Part shown: piece after piece, positions 1 to 14,093 of the stretch
Position numbering within the stretch: the first letter of the stretch is position 1
Layout: the number at the start of each line of letters is the position of its first letter
Source: the human T2T-CHM13v2.0 reference genome, Homo sapiens
NCBI RefSeq assembly: GCF_009914755.1
Contig: NC_060948.1
DNA length: 64,000 bases
Reading direction: 5' to 3' (one strand)
The notes under the pieces: model-generated
Told to the model about the DNA's origin: nothing
The model's input: only the letters and a program-made list of their open reading frames with translations
The model's database searches: none
Program-made: the position numbers and the translations under genes

Positions 1-3000
1 CATGGACAAATACCTAAGCCATGTATAATACTTTCTTTGGCTATGCCTACAAAATGGCACTTTTGTATATCCCTGGGACCATCACCCAGGTGAGGTGAAT
101 TATCTCCCTGAAATCTGCCTACAAAGAGAATAGTGTCTTTTACCTAGGCCCATCACATAAGTAATGTGACTCCCTATATTTCCTTGGCCTTTCACTTACA
201 GTGCATTGTGACACATAACTGGGCACTGCAGCAAGGTGACGTGATTCTTCTTCTTCGGTTCAGCCAACAGAAAGCATTGTAGCATATCTCTTGGCTCAAC
301 ACCTAGGTTATGTTTTTCTGCTTTGGCCTGTGGCTTGATTACAAGGAGATTGTGAAATTCTTGGGTCCAGCACCAATGTCACTCTCCAGCTTTGGTACTG
401 CACAGAACAAACACTGTGAGATGTATCTAGACCAGCTGCCTAGGTTAAGTGAGTCTCCTCTCTTTCCAAAGTCCTGCCCACAGAGGGGTTTTTGATATGT
501 CACTGAAACCCGCATCCAGGTGATGTGAATTTTCTATAAGGGGCTTCCCACAAGGGGGATTGTGACATCTCACAGGACTCACACCCAAATAGGTGATGTG
601 ACATTCTTGCCTTCTCTGTGTCCACAGGTGATATTGTGCTATATACCTAAGACCATAACAAAAGCCTAATAACAAGTCATATACCTGGGCCCAGAACATG
701 TGCAAGATGATGACTCTTATTTTTAAACCTTTCCACAAGTATAATTGTGACATATACCTTTGCCCAGCTCCAGAATGATTTAATAATTTTGCTAGGTATA
801 GCCCACAAATGAGATTTTGACAAATACCTGGGCAAAGTACCTTGGTGATTTGACTGTGCTATTTTAACAGTGTCTTCAGGGGGGATTGTAATACATTTCT
901 GGACCCATCATCTAGGTTATGTGACTCTCCTCTACCCTCTACTGCCTGTATTCTACTTCCTTTGGTAATTGTAGCATTACTAAACACTGCATCTAAATGA
1001 TACATCTCCTGCCTGGGCCCTGTTAACAGGAGGCATTGTGAAATATTTTTGGGCCCACCATTAAGTGAAATGACCCTACTCTCCTGCTCTGACACTTCCC
1101 ACAAAGGACACTGTGCCAAGAGCTGGACCTTGCACACAAGTGTTTTGACATTTATGACAAGACCTTGCCTACAAAGAGAATATTGGAATAATTCTGGCCC
1201 AGCATTTAGGTAATATGGCTGTTCTTCCTGCTTCATAGCCATACAAAGAATTGTAATATATACCTAGGCATGGTTCACAGGAATGATAATGACTGTCATA
1301 TGGGGATTGAGATAATAGAGGTTATTTTAACTCTTATAACCAAGTTTAGGTACATGCATGATGTCCTGAATAACGTTCTTATACAAATGTCACAAAAGAT
1401 TACAACATTTACACATATTTTACAAAGTCTTTGGGTTATAGAGACAGAGTCACAGCAGGGCTCAGAACACAGGTTAAATTGTGTCTTGTATGCACACCCT
1501 GCTGACAGTAAAGACTGTCATTATCTCACATGGATAAAGACAAATATCACACATGAAAACAGGATATGTGTGGTATTGTAAATCTCATCTTTGCAATTAT
1601 CTAACACTGTGATTGTGATATAAATCTGTGCCAAGCACTTGTGTAATTTGACTCTCCTGACTTGTTGCAGCCCACATATGGGATTGTGATATCTGGCTAG
1701 GCCAAACTGAAGGTGACATGATTCTCCTACCTGGGCCCTTCTCTGAGTAAGGATTGTAACATACTGAATCTAGCACCCAGGTGATGTTATATTCTTGCCT
1801 GCACCATGCCCACCAAAATTATTGTGTCATATTTTTGTGTCCTCCTCATAGATGATGTAACTCTGCTCTCTGGAATGGGCCATGCACAGATGAAAGATAG
1901 TGACATATTGCAAGGCCAGACACAGAGTTGAGGGTATTACTTTGCCAGAGCAATATTCAAAGGAGGGCATTGTGAATTATATCTGGGCCTATCACCTGAG
2001 TTATATGGCTCTCCTGCTCGGACCTTGCCAACCTGGAGTAACATATTTCTAGGCTAGGCACACAGGTGATGATACTCTTTTGTCAGGGCTATGCTTTATA
2101 GAGGACGTTGTGACGAATCTCAGGGTCTATCACCTAGGTGAAGGGACTCTCTCCTTGGGCCCTACTGAAATAAAGCACTGTGGAATAAGCAGAAAACCTA
2201 CAACTACATGATGTAACCCTCTTTGCTTGTTGCTGTCCTAAGACAGCCTTGTGACATATTTCAGGACCCAGCATCCGAGTGATGTGGCTCCTCTACTTGG
2301 TTTCTGCCCATGTGTTACATTGTGACATATTTCCAGGGAAGCACCTGGTGATATGACTCTGCTCATATGCCTGAGCCTTGCCTACTGGAGACATTGGGAC
2401 ATATCTCTGAGCCCATCGCCTAAGTGATGTGATGTTCTTCATCCGCCTGGGACTTCACAATAGGAGGATTTTGACATATTGCTGAGCCCAGCACTCAGGA
2501 TAGGTGACTCACCTCTTTTTCCCGATCCATACCCACAAAATAATGTATTTTGATTTATTGCATGGCCCAGCATTCAGATGATGTTACTCTTCTGCCTGGG
2601 TTCTGCATAAAGGGAAATTTATGACATATTGTATATTGCTGGACTCAACACCCTTATCATGTGTCTCTCCTGCCTGTTCTGGAGCCACCGAAGGTTTTTT
2701 GACACATCTTGGACCTATTATATAGGTGTTTTGCCTCTCATAACTTGGCTGGGTTTTTCCACATGTGGAATGGTGTCATGTTCCTGGGTCTGGCACCCAG
2801 TTATTGTGACCCAAATTCCTATACACTGTCAAAAGAAGGAATTGTGACAGAGCACCACATGTGACAAATGTGGCATAGCATCACAAGGCATTGTGATACA
2901 GCATCTAAGTGATGTTAACCTTCTGCCCCATTTTATGCCCACAAATGGGATTATGACATGTACCTTGCTTCAGTTCAAAGACATGGTGATCAAATGTATA

Positions 3001-3226
3001 TTTGGATTCAGCCAATAGGAGATATTTTACCTCACATTGCTAAGCTTAGGGCAATAGGTAAACTCCTGGATTGTATATTGATTCCAAGTTGACAGAAGTT
3101 TACAACACCAACTTATATTATATAAACTCTTTGATGGTAGAGAGTTTCATAACAGGACCTAATGAAAAGTTGAGATTGGGACTCTCGATTATGCACCCAG
3201 GCAAAATCAAAAGTTTTCACCTTCCC

Positions 3227-4455
3227 AAAAACTGGATAGCCATATTACAAAAGCTGAAACTTGATCCCTTCTTTACACCTTTTACAAAAATCAATTCAAG
3301 ATGGATTGAAGATTTAAATCTTAGGCCTAAAAGCATAAAAACCCTAGAAGAAAACCTAGGCAATATCATTCAGGACATAAGCATGAGCAAGGACTTCATG
3401 ACTAAAACAGCAAAAGCAATGGCAACAAAAGCTAAAATAGACAAATGGGATCTAACGAAACTAAAGAGGTTCTACACAGCAAAATAAACTACCATCAGAG
3501 TGAACTGGCAAGCTACAGAACGGAAGAAAATTTTTCCAATCTACCCATCTGACAAAGGGCTAATATCCGGAATCTACAAAGAACTTAAAGAAATTTACAA
3601 GAAAAAATTTAACAACCCCATCCAAAAGTGGGCAAAGGATATAAACAGACATTTTGCAAAAGAAGACATACAAGCAGCCAATGGACACATGAAACAATGC
3701 TCATCATCTCTGGTCATCAGAGAAATGCAAATCAAAACCACAATGAGATACCATCTCACACCAGTTAGAATGATGATCATTAAAAAGTCAGGAAACAACA
3801 GGTGCTGTAGAGGATGTGGACAAATAGTAACGCTTTTACACTGATGGTCGGAGTGTAAACTAGTTCAAACATTGTTGAAGACAGTGTGGAAATTCCTCTA
3901 GGATCTAGAACTAGAAATACCATTTGACCTAGCCATCCCATTACTGAGTATATGCCCAAAGGATTGCAAATCATGCTACTATAAAGACACTTGCATACGT
4001 ATGTTTATCGCAGCAGTATTCACAATAGCAAAGACTTGGAACCAACCCAAATGTCCATCAATGATAGACTGGATTAAGAAAATGAGGCACATATACACCA
4101 TTGAGTACTATGCAGCCATAAAAAGGATGAGTTCATGTCCTCTGTAGCGACATGAATGAAGCTAGAAACCATCATTCTGAGCAAACTATTGCAAGGACAG
4201 AAAACCAAACACCGTATGTTCTCACTTGTAGGTGGAAATTGAACAATCAGAATGCTTGGACACAGGGCGGGGAACATCACCACTGGGGTCTGTCCTTGGG
4301 TGGGGGAATGTGGGAGGGATAGCATTAGGAGAAATACCTAATGTAAATAATGAGTTAATGGGTGCAGCAAACCAACACGGCACTTGTATACATATGTAAC
4401 AAACCTGCACATTGTGCACATGTACCCTAGAACTTAAAGTATAATAATAATAATA
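3227..4455 (+). mobile_element. 5'-truncated L1PA (about L1PA5-7), ORF2 C-terminus plus 3' UTR
   Basis: ORF2 peptides [19 protein letters not shown] and [19 protein letters not shown]1 3' UTR G-rich tract, and (taa)n tail. TSD aaaagttttcac at 3209-3220 and 4456-4467. Confidence 0.95.
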
Positions 4456-4693
4456 AAAAGTTTTCACAAATCCCACATTTACAATGCCCACTTTTGAAGT
4501 CCTGAATGTAACAAGGAAATAAAGCACAGAGTTGGAATTGTGACTTTTATGTGTTGATCTGCCCACAAGTGGAATAATTAGTCATTTCTGGATCCAGTCC
4601 ACAGACATAATAATAGGTCTTCTGCATTAACTCTGCCTATAGGGGAGATATTGACTATCAAACATGGGTTTTGGACAATATGTAAGATTGTGA

Positions 4694-5064
<371 letters not shown>

Positions 5065-5867
5065 ACTTCATGTAGGTTTTATAAAGCCCATGGATATTGT
5101 AGAGAGTGTCATATACTGACCCAGCTCACATGTGAGACTGTGAATCTAATATACACACAGCTAAAAATTAGAAGTATCGACCTGAAAAATGTTGAGATTG
5201 TGTCATGTCACTGGGCCTACTATCCAGATGTTGTGAGATTGTGGCTCTATTTTCTTTCCATGGGTGCATTGTTATGTATTGCTGGGTCAGAATAAAAATA
5301 ATGTGACTTTTCTGCCTGGGCCATGTCAACAGGAGATATTATCACGTATCTCTGGGCCTATCCGCTAGGTGATATGTCTCCCCAGCCTGTGCCCTGCCCC
5401 CAAGTACATTTTGAAATATGGCTGAAACTAGCATCTAGGTAATGAAATTCTCCTCCCCTGCCTGGATACTGCTTACCAAAGGAATTGTGACATACAGCTG
5501 AATGCAAAACCTAGGTGGTATGTCTCTTTTCTCCATTCAAGGGTTTATTTCTGTGCTGCATTCTGTTTCATTACTTTAGTGTTCTAGTTTTATATCAGTA
5601 CCAAAGTGCTTTGGTTACTGTAGGTTTTTGTGTGTGTATGAAAATTGTTAAGTGTGAGGCTTCCAATATTTTTCTTATTTTTCAAGATTGTCAGACTATT
5701 CATGGTCCCTTGAGATCTTACAGGTTTTTTTTTCTATTTTTGAAAAATATGATTAAAAATAACAAGGGGTATGTTGAGCATTGGGTCACTTTAAGCAGCA
5801 TGGACATCTTCGCAATATTATGTCTTCCAACCCCTGAAAAAAAAAGCCTGCTCAAAAGTGTGTTGTT

Positions 5868-6117
5868 GGCTGAGCATGGTGTCTCGTGCCTGTAATCCCA
5901 GCACTTTGGGAGTCCGAGGAGGGTGCATGGAGAAATCAGGAGATCGAGACAATTCTGGGCAAAATGTTAAAACCTCATCTCTACTAAAATACAAAAAATT
6001 AGCTGGGCGTGGTGGTGTCTGCCTGTACTTACAGCTACGTGGAAGGCTGAAGCAGAAGAATCCTTTGTCCCCGGAAACTGGAGGTTGGTGACAGAGCGAT
6101 ACTCCATCAAAAAAGAA
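5868..6117 (+). mobile_element. Alu (AluS-like) with internal right-arm deletion
   Basis: Starts ggctgagcatggtgtctcgtgcctgtaatcccagcac. ggaggttg joins directly to gtgacagagcg, so the cagtgagccgagatcgcgccactgcactccagcctgg segment is missing. Confidence 0.9.
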
Positions 6118-6281
6118 ATTTTAAAAAATCTGTGTTTTTAAATATTATATTGTTTGAATTCTTCAGCTTTTCTTCTTTTGCTGATTTCTAGTTTCATTCC
6201 ATTCGGGATGTAAATAATTGTAAAATTTCAATAAAAAAATTGTTACTGCTTCTTTTGTAGTGTCACAAGTGGTTCGTGTAG

Positions 6282-6603
<322 letters not shown>

Positions 6604-7879
6604 AGAAAATGTTTTATGAGCTTTTGAAATGAATGTATATGCTGTTGTCTGTATACAGTTGTTAAATGTAATTATTGTATAGTGCATTCAATTATTTTGT
6701 TTCCTTATTGATATTCTGTCTTGTTTATTTTTTTGAAAGTGTGATGTTGATGTATGCATCCATTATTATATTGCTGTCTATTTTTGCATCAATTCTGTCA
6801 ATGTTTGCTTCATGTGTTTGGGAAAACTGTCATATATTTATAGGTTCTCCGTGAATGAACCCTCTTCTATAATTGAATGTCCTACTTTGTCTCTTGCAAA
6901 ATTTCACTAAAACTAAATTTTATTAAATATGACAGTTGCCAACTTAATAATTGTTGTCTCTTCTCCTCTCATTTGGTTAACACTTGCATGGAATGTATTT
7001 TTCACCCTGGCATTTCCAGTTTATTTTTTTATTTGCTTTGAAGTGAGTCTCTTGAAGCCATGACATAGTTAGATCTTGATACAGAACATGATGTAGTTAG
7101 ACTAATTTTTTTATTTTGAGTGATACTTTTGCTGGATATAGTATTCTTGCTTAGACTTTTTTCCTATGTTTTGACTATGTCATTCTCCTCTCTTCTCGCC
7201 TGAAAGATTTATGTTCATAAATTTACTGGTAATCTTACAGAAGCCTGCATATAAATAACATATCTATTTTTGCTCCTGGCATTACAGCTTCTCTTCGTGT
7301 TTGTGACATTCAAAACATTCCTTATGTTTTGTCTTGTTAGAAATCTCTTTTTGTTAAACTCAGTTAAAATTTTCTGAGATTCTTGATTTTCTTATTTTTT
7401 TTACTAATGTTGAAGTGCATATTAGTTTTTTTGGTTCTCATACTCCAAAATTTGTATTTCTTTTTGTGCATTTTTTTGTTGGTTTCATTTTTGTTCTTTC
7501 ATTTTGCCTGCTTTATTTCCATTTGCTCACTGAGCATCATTAAGATGGTAATTTTGATAGTTTAGGATAATTTATTCTTTTCTTTTAACAATAGATCTAG
7601 AATTTAAATCTGATTGTTTCAGGTAATTCTTCCATCTTCATTTTTTAATAACTGAATCCTGAATATTTATTTTTGTTTTTGATTGAGTCATATTATCTTG
7701 ATGTTTGCTGTATGTTCTAATCTTAGGTTGCAATTTATTTAATAAAAAGGCATATGTCAAAATCTTGAAAAATAAGTTACACATTTTTTTAGGCTAGAGA
7801 TTCTTGGAGTCTCTCAAGCCTGTTCTATGAATATTTTCCCTTAACTTGTGTGATTTTTTGTTTAAAAAGTTCCCCCATG

Positions 7880-7912
7880 TTTTTTTCTTGCTCTTTTTCT
7901 TTTCTCTCTTTT

Positions 7913-7959
<47 letters not shown>

Positions 7960-8006
7960 CTCTCTCCTCCTCTTTCTTTCCTTCTTTCTTTCTTTTCCTC
8001 TTTCCT

Positions 8007-8073
<67 letters not shown>

Positions 8074-8087
8074 CTCTTTGTTTCTGT
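7880..8087 (+). repeat. (TTTC)n compound microsatellite derived from an Alu tail
   Basis: About 200 bp of interrupted tttc repeats directly abutting the 3' end of the antisense Alu at 8088. Confidence 0.95.
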
Positions 8088-8350
8088 CTTACTCTTGTTG
8101 TCCAACCTAGAGTGCAATGGTGCAATCTTAGCTTACAGCAAACTCCACTTCCAGGCTTTAAGCAATTATCCGGCCTCAGCCTCCTGAGTAGCTGGGATTA
8201 CAGGTGACTGCCATCACACCCAGCCAATTTGTGTATTTTTATTAGAGATGGGATTTCACCATGTTGACCTGGCTGGTCTTGAATTTCTGACCTCATGTGA
8301 TTCACTGGCTTCAGCCTCCCAAAGTGCTGGGATTACAGGCATGAGCCACG
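8088..8350 (-). mobile_element. Alu (AluSq/Sp-like), antisense
   Basis: ttactcttgttg...gagtgcaatggtgcaatc...cccaaagtgctgggattacaggcatgagccac. Confidence 0.92.
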
Positions 8351-8853
8351 ACTTTTTCCATGTTTCTAATTAAGGTCCTGTAGTCAGTTGCTATTTCCAT
8401 TGTCTGTCAATGATACTGATGTCTCTCTTCTCTTGTAACAGTCATTTACATTTGATTTCAGTTGTCCAAAAGTGTCAAAGTGCACCACCTTTCTTTTCAA
8501 CACTCTCATGGAATATAGAAATTAGTCTTTTGTAAGGTCACAAAAATCCAGAAGCATGGACATAGGTGTCACTATTTTACTTATTTTTGGAGGAGTAAGG
8601 AAGGAGTTGGGAGTCTATATTTATAGTCATAATAAAATGAAGAATGGCAAATGCTTAACTGATTATTAGACTTCTCACAAAGACATTTTTGTCCATATAT
8701 TTCTGTTGAGTTTATATGTTTATAAAGGAATTAGTACCTGTGGTATTTTATTGTCACCTTGTTAATGTGTTTTGTATAATTATGCATTTGTAAAGTGTAT
8801 TCACCTGCACTTAATGAGGGAGGAATTCTGTTGTTCTTTTTTTTTCTTTTCAG

Positions 8854-10080
<1,227 letters not shown>

Positions 10081-11121
10081 TTCCATGGCATAAGGCCCAA
10101 ACCAGAGAACGGGCCAGCAGTTTTGCTGCACCTAAGCAGCTTCTGCACTTTTCCAAGCACGTCTCATTCTGTTCATGCTTCCAATTATTTCACCAGCAGC
10201 TTCTCATTTGTCCCAGTTATTTTTGACCCCCCACAAACTATGATTTTGAAACTCCTCTGAAGACTGCATGAGCCAAGCACTAAGGTTCACAGTGCTCTAG
10301 CCTACTCAGTTTCACCTGAGGACAGAAACAAGGCAGGAGAGTCTTGTCACCTGGATTCTGTTCTCAGGATATGTTATAATCTTCTTTGGAGGCAGCGCAG
10401 AGTCAGAAGAGTAACATCATTTGTGTACAGCCTCAAGTAATATGACACTATGTCCACTATAGACAGATTTGAAGAAAAACAGGAGAGTCACACCACCTAG
10501 GTGATAGGCCTAGCAATATGAAATTATCCTCTTTCTTGGCTGACTCCAGAATAAAGAAGAGAGTTGCATTACCTAGGTTTTGCACTCAGTGGTATGTCAC
10601 AATTCCTTTATCTGGCAGGACCTAGGCCAGAGAGGAGTCACATTTCCTAGATGCTACTTCCAGAGATGTCACACAGGCAAAATAGACAAATCTCCTAGCT
10701 AATAGGCTCAGAGATATGTGATAATATCTCTTGTTGGCAGGACCTGGGCAGAAGAGTCACATTATTATAATTCTGACCCAACAATATGTAGCAATGCACA
10801 CATGGAAAACAATTTAAGCAAAAGTTTTTATACCTTGGTAGTCTGCCCAGTGATGTGACATAATCTCTTCATCTTTGAGGGTCACAATTTTTACTGTGAG
10901 CTTGTTACTTGTATCAGTTAATATTTCACGTGTGTGCTGGACCATTGCATGAAACCCTCTACAGCATCAGAGGGCTTTATACATCATGCAAGAGAGTTGC
11001 AAACTACTCTGTGACTCACATGCTCATATGTACTCATAATGTTATATATTGCCTTAAATCGAGATACGATAGAGGTATGATAGTGTATTTCTCTCATTTA
11101 GGCTGAGTTCAGGAATGAGAC

Positions 11122-11411
11122 TTTTTTTTTTTTTTTGAGACAGAGTCTCACTCTGTCACTCAGGCTGGAGTACATTGGCACAGGGCACAATCTCGGCTCG
11201 CTACAACCTCCACTTCCCAGGTTGAAGTGATTCCCCTGCCTCAGCCTCGCAAGATATGGAATTACAGGTGCCTGCCAGCATTCTCTGCTAATTTTTTTGT
11301 ATTTTTAGTAGAGACAGAGTTTCACTGTATTAGCCAGAATAGTCTCAGTTTTGGCCTCATGATCTGCCTTCCTCAACCTCCCAAGCCTGGGATTACATGA
11401 GTGAGCCACCC
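11122..11411 (-). mobile_element. Alu (AluS-like), antisense, inserted in satellite
   Basis: Poly-T, gagacagagtctcactctgtc...gggattacatgagtgagccacc. No clear TSD. Confidence 0.92.
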
Positions 11412-14047
11412 TATGCCTGTGAACTCAAGATACATGATAATTTTCAAAACTGAATCACGATTGAACCTGTGGCCAGATCCGCATACAAAAGTCAAAATTC
11501 ATTCTTTGTACGCTTTCCCTTGTTAAACCCAGTACTTCAACAGTGAGCTTTGTAAATTTGCAGTGGTGAAAACTTTTACTTTCAACTGGGTGCGTAATTG
11601 AGAGTGACAATTTTAACGTTTTGCAGCGCCTTGTTATGGAACTCTCTGTATCACCCAAGGAGTTTGTAGAAGAGGAATTAGTGTTGTAAATTTCTGTGAG
11701 TCTTCTACAAAAATGCAACCCAGGATTTTACCTATTGCATTAGTTTAGCGATGGGAGGCAAAATATCTTCTACTGGCTGAATCTCAGTATATGTTTGACC
11801 ATTATGCATGTGAACTGAAGCAAGGTATATGTTATAATCCCATTTGCGGGCAAAAGCTTAGAACAAAGAATGAAATATCTTAGGTGATGTGGCAAGCAAC
11901 ATGTCACAGTGCTTTCTCTAGGCAAAACCTAGAAAGGAGGGTCACATTATCTGTTTGCTGTACTGATTGATATGACACAATTCCACATGTGGAAAGACGT
12001 AGCCAAGGGTTGAGAGCCAAACACCTACAGAATGGACTGAAGATATGTCAAAATACTTTCTGTGGCTCAGGCACAGGCAGGACAGTAGCATCATCAGGGT
12101 GCTAGGCCCACCAGTATGAAAAATTCCCTCTTTATTCAGGTCTCTGGCAGAAGACTAACATCATCTGGGTGCAATAGGTCAAAATTTTCCCTTGTGGCAT
12201 AATTCATAAAAAATGAATAGAGTCACATGACCTAAGCTGGGCTCAGCAATATGTCAAAATCCCACCTTTTTAAAGGCATAGGCCATGGACTCATAGAAAT
12301 GTCTTAATGTCTCCAGTAGGCAGGGCTCTGGCAGATGAGGAGAGTCATATCACCTAGGTGTTTCCCAAAGATTCAGTCACAATGTAACATGTGGGCAGAA
12401 ATCAGGCAAAAGATCCACATCACTTGGGTGCTGGGTCCAGAGATATGTCACAAGGCTCTCTTAGGACAGCATGCAGGCAATACAGTTACATCACATAGGG
12501 CCAGGTTCTCTGCTTATGCCACAGTGTTCCATAAGGGTAAGGCCCAAGGAGGGAGCCACTTCACCCAGGTGATAGGCCCAGAGATTTATCACATTGTCCA
12601 CTAAGAAGCATAGCCCTGGCAAGAGGACCTTCGCCTGTGTTCTTGTCCTAAAACTGTGTCACTGTCCATGTTCGCAGGGCAAAAACAGAGAGCCACATAA
12701 CCTGGGTAATAGGCCAAGAGATATATCACAATGCCCTCCACTGGTCATGGCTCTGGGGAAAAATATCTTCACCTCTGTGCCTGGCCTTACATTATGTCAC
12801 TATCCTTCCTTTGTGCAGGGTCCATTCCAGAGAAGAGGGTTGCATCTCCTATGAGGTAGACATAAAAATATGTCACAAAAATTTTGTTGGGCATGGTGCA
12901 GGCAAGAATGTAAGATCACCTGGGTGCTAGATCCAGTGATATACCACAATTCTTACTGAGAGAAGGTCCCAGGCAGGAGAGTCACATCACCTTGAGATTG
13001 GCCTAGGTAGATATCACAATCCCATATATGGGCTGGAATAAGTCTGAAGAGTGAAATTGCAAAGCTGCTTCCAATGATTTATATCACAATCACATGGTCA
13101 GAAAATTTCACACATGAAATTTGCAATACCACAGGTATCTTGTTTTCATGTGTGACACTTGGCCTCATCCATGTGAGATCATGACAGTCTTGACTGCCAG
13201 CTGGGTTTGCATAGAAGAGTCACAATTTCATCTGTGTGCTGAGCCCTGCTTTGACTCTGTCTTTATAGCCTAAAGACTTTGTAAAATATGTGTGGGTGTT
13301 GTAATCTTTTGTGACCTTTGAGCCAGGAGGTGATCCATGACATCAAACATTTTCATAAACCTAGTTATAATAATCAAAATATTCTCTATTGGCTGAATTC
13401 GCATATGAGACTCACTATCATTCTTGTGAGCCACACCTAGATATATGCCACAATATTTTCTGTTGTTATGAAGCAGGCAGAACAGCCACATTACCTCAGT
13501 TCCGCGACAGAAGTATTTCTATATTCTCTTTGTAGGCAGGGTACTGTCAAAAATGTCACATAACTTGAGTGCTAGTTCCAGCTCTGTGGAACTATGTCCC
13601 TTGTGGGCAGTGTCCAGGCAGAGGAGGAGAGTCATATCACCTAAATGATGGACCCAGATATATTTCACAATGCTCCTGTTGATAAGGCCCAGGCAAGAAA
13701 GTCATATCATTTGGAATCAGTTTTTAGAAATGCTACAATTACCAAAAGAAGCAGGTTACAAACAGGTTAGGGGTGTCATGTAACCTAGATGATTGGTCCA
13801 GATGTATGTTACAATCCTTCCTGAGGATATTGTCACATCATCTGGATGCTGGTTTCAGTTACATCAAATCTCCCTGTGTAAGCAGGACTTCAGCAAGAGA
13901 GGAGGTTCATTTCACCTAGGCAATTGGCCTAGATATATGTCACAATGACCCTTTTGTGCAGTAGGAAGGCTGGAGACTGACCTCACATTGTTGTTAAGCC
14001 CAGCAACATATCACAATCTCCCTGTGGTCGGGGCACAGGCAAAAGCA

Positions 14048-14050
14048 AAA

Positions 14051-14093
<43 letters not shown>
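14048..14093 (+). repeat. (TAAA)n microsatellite
   Basis: About 11 perfect taaa units inside a satellite monomer. Confidence 0.95.

Noticed and set aside
7794-8187. Lys/Glu/Arg-rich and Phe/Leu/Ser-rich ORFs
   Set aside because: These are translations of the (TTTC)n microsatellite.
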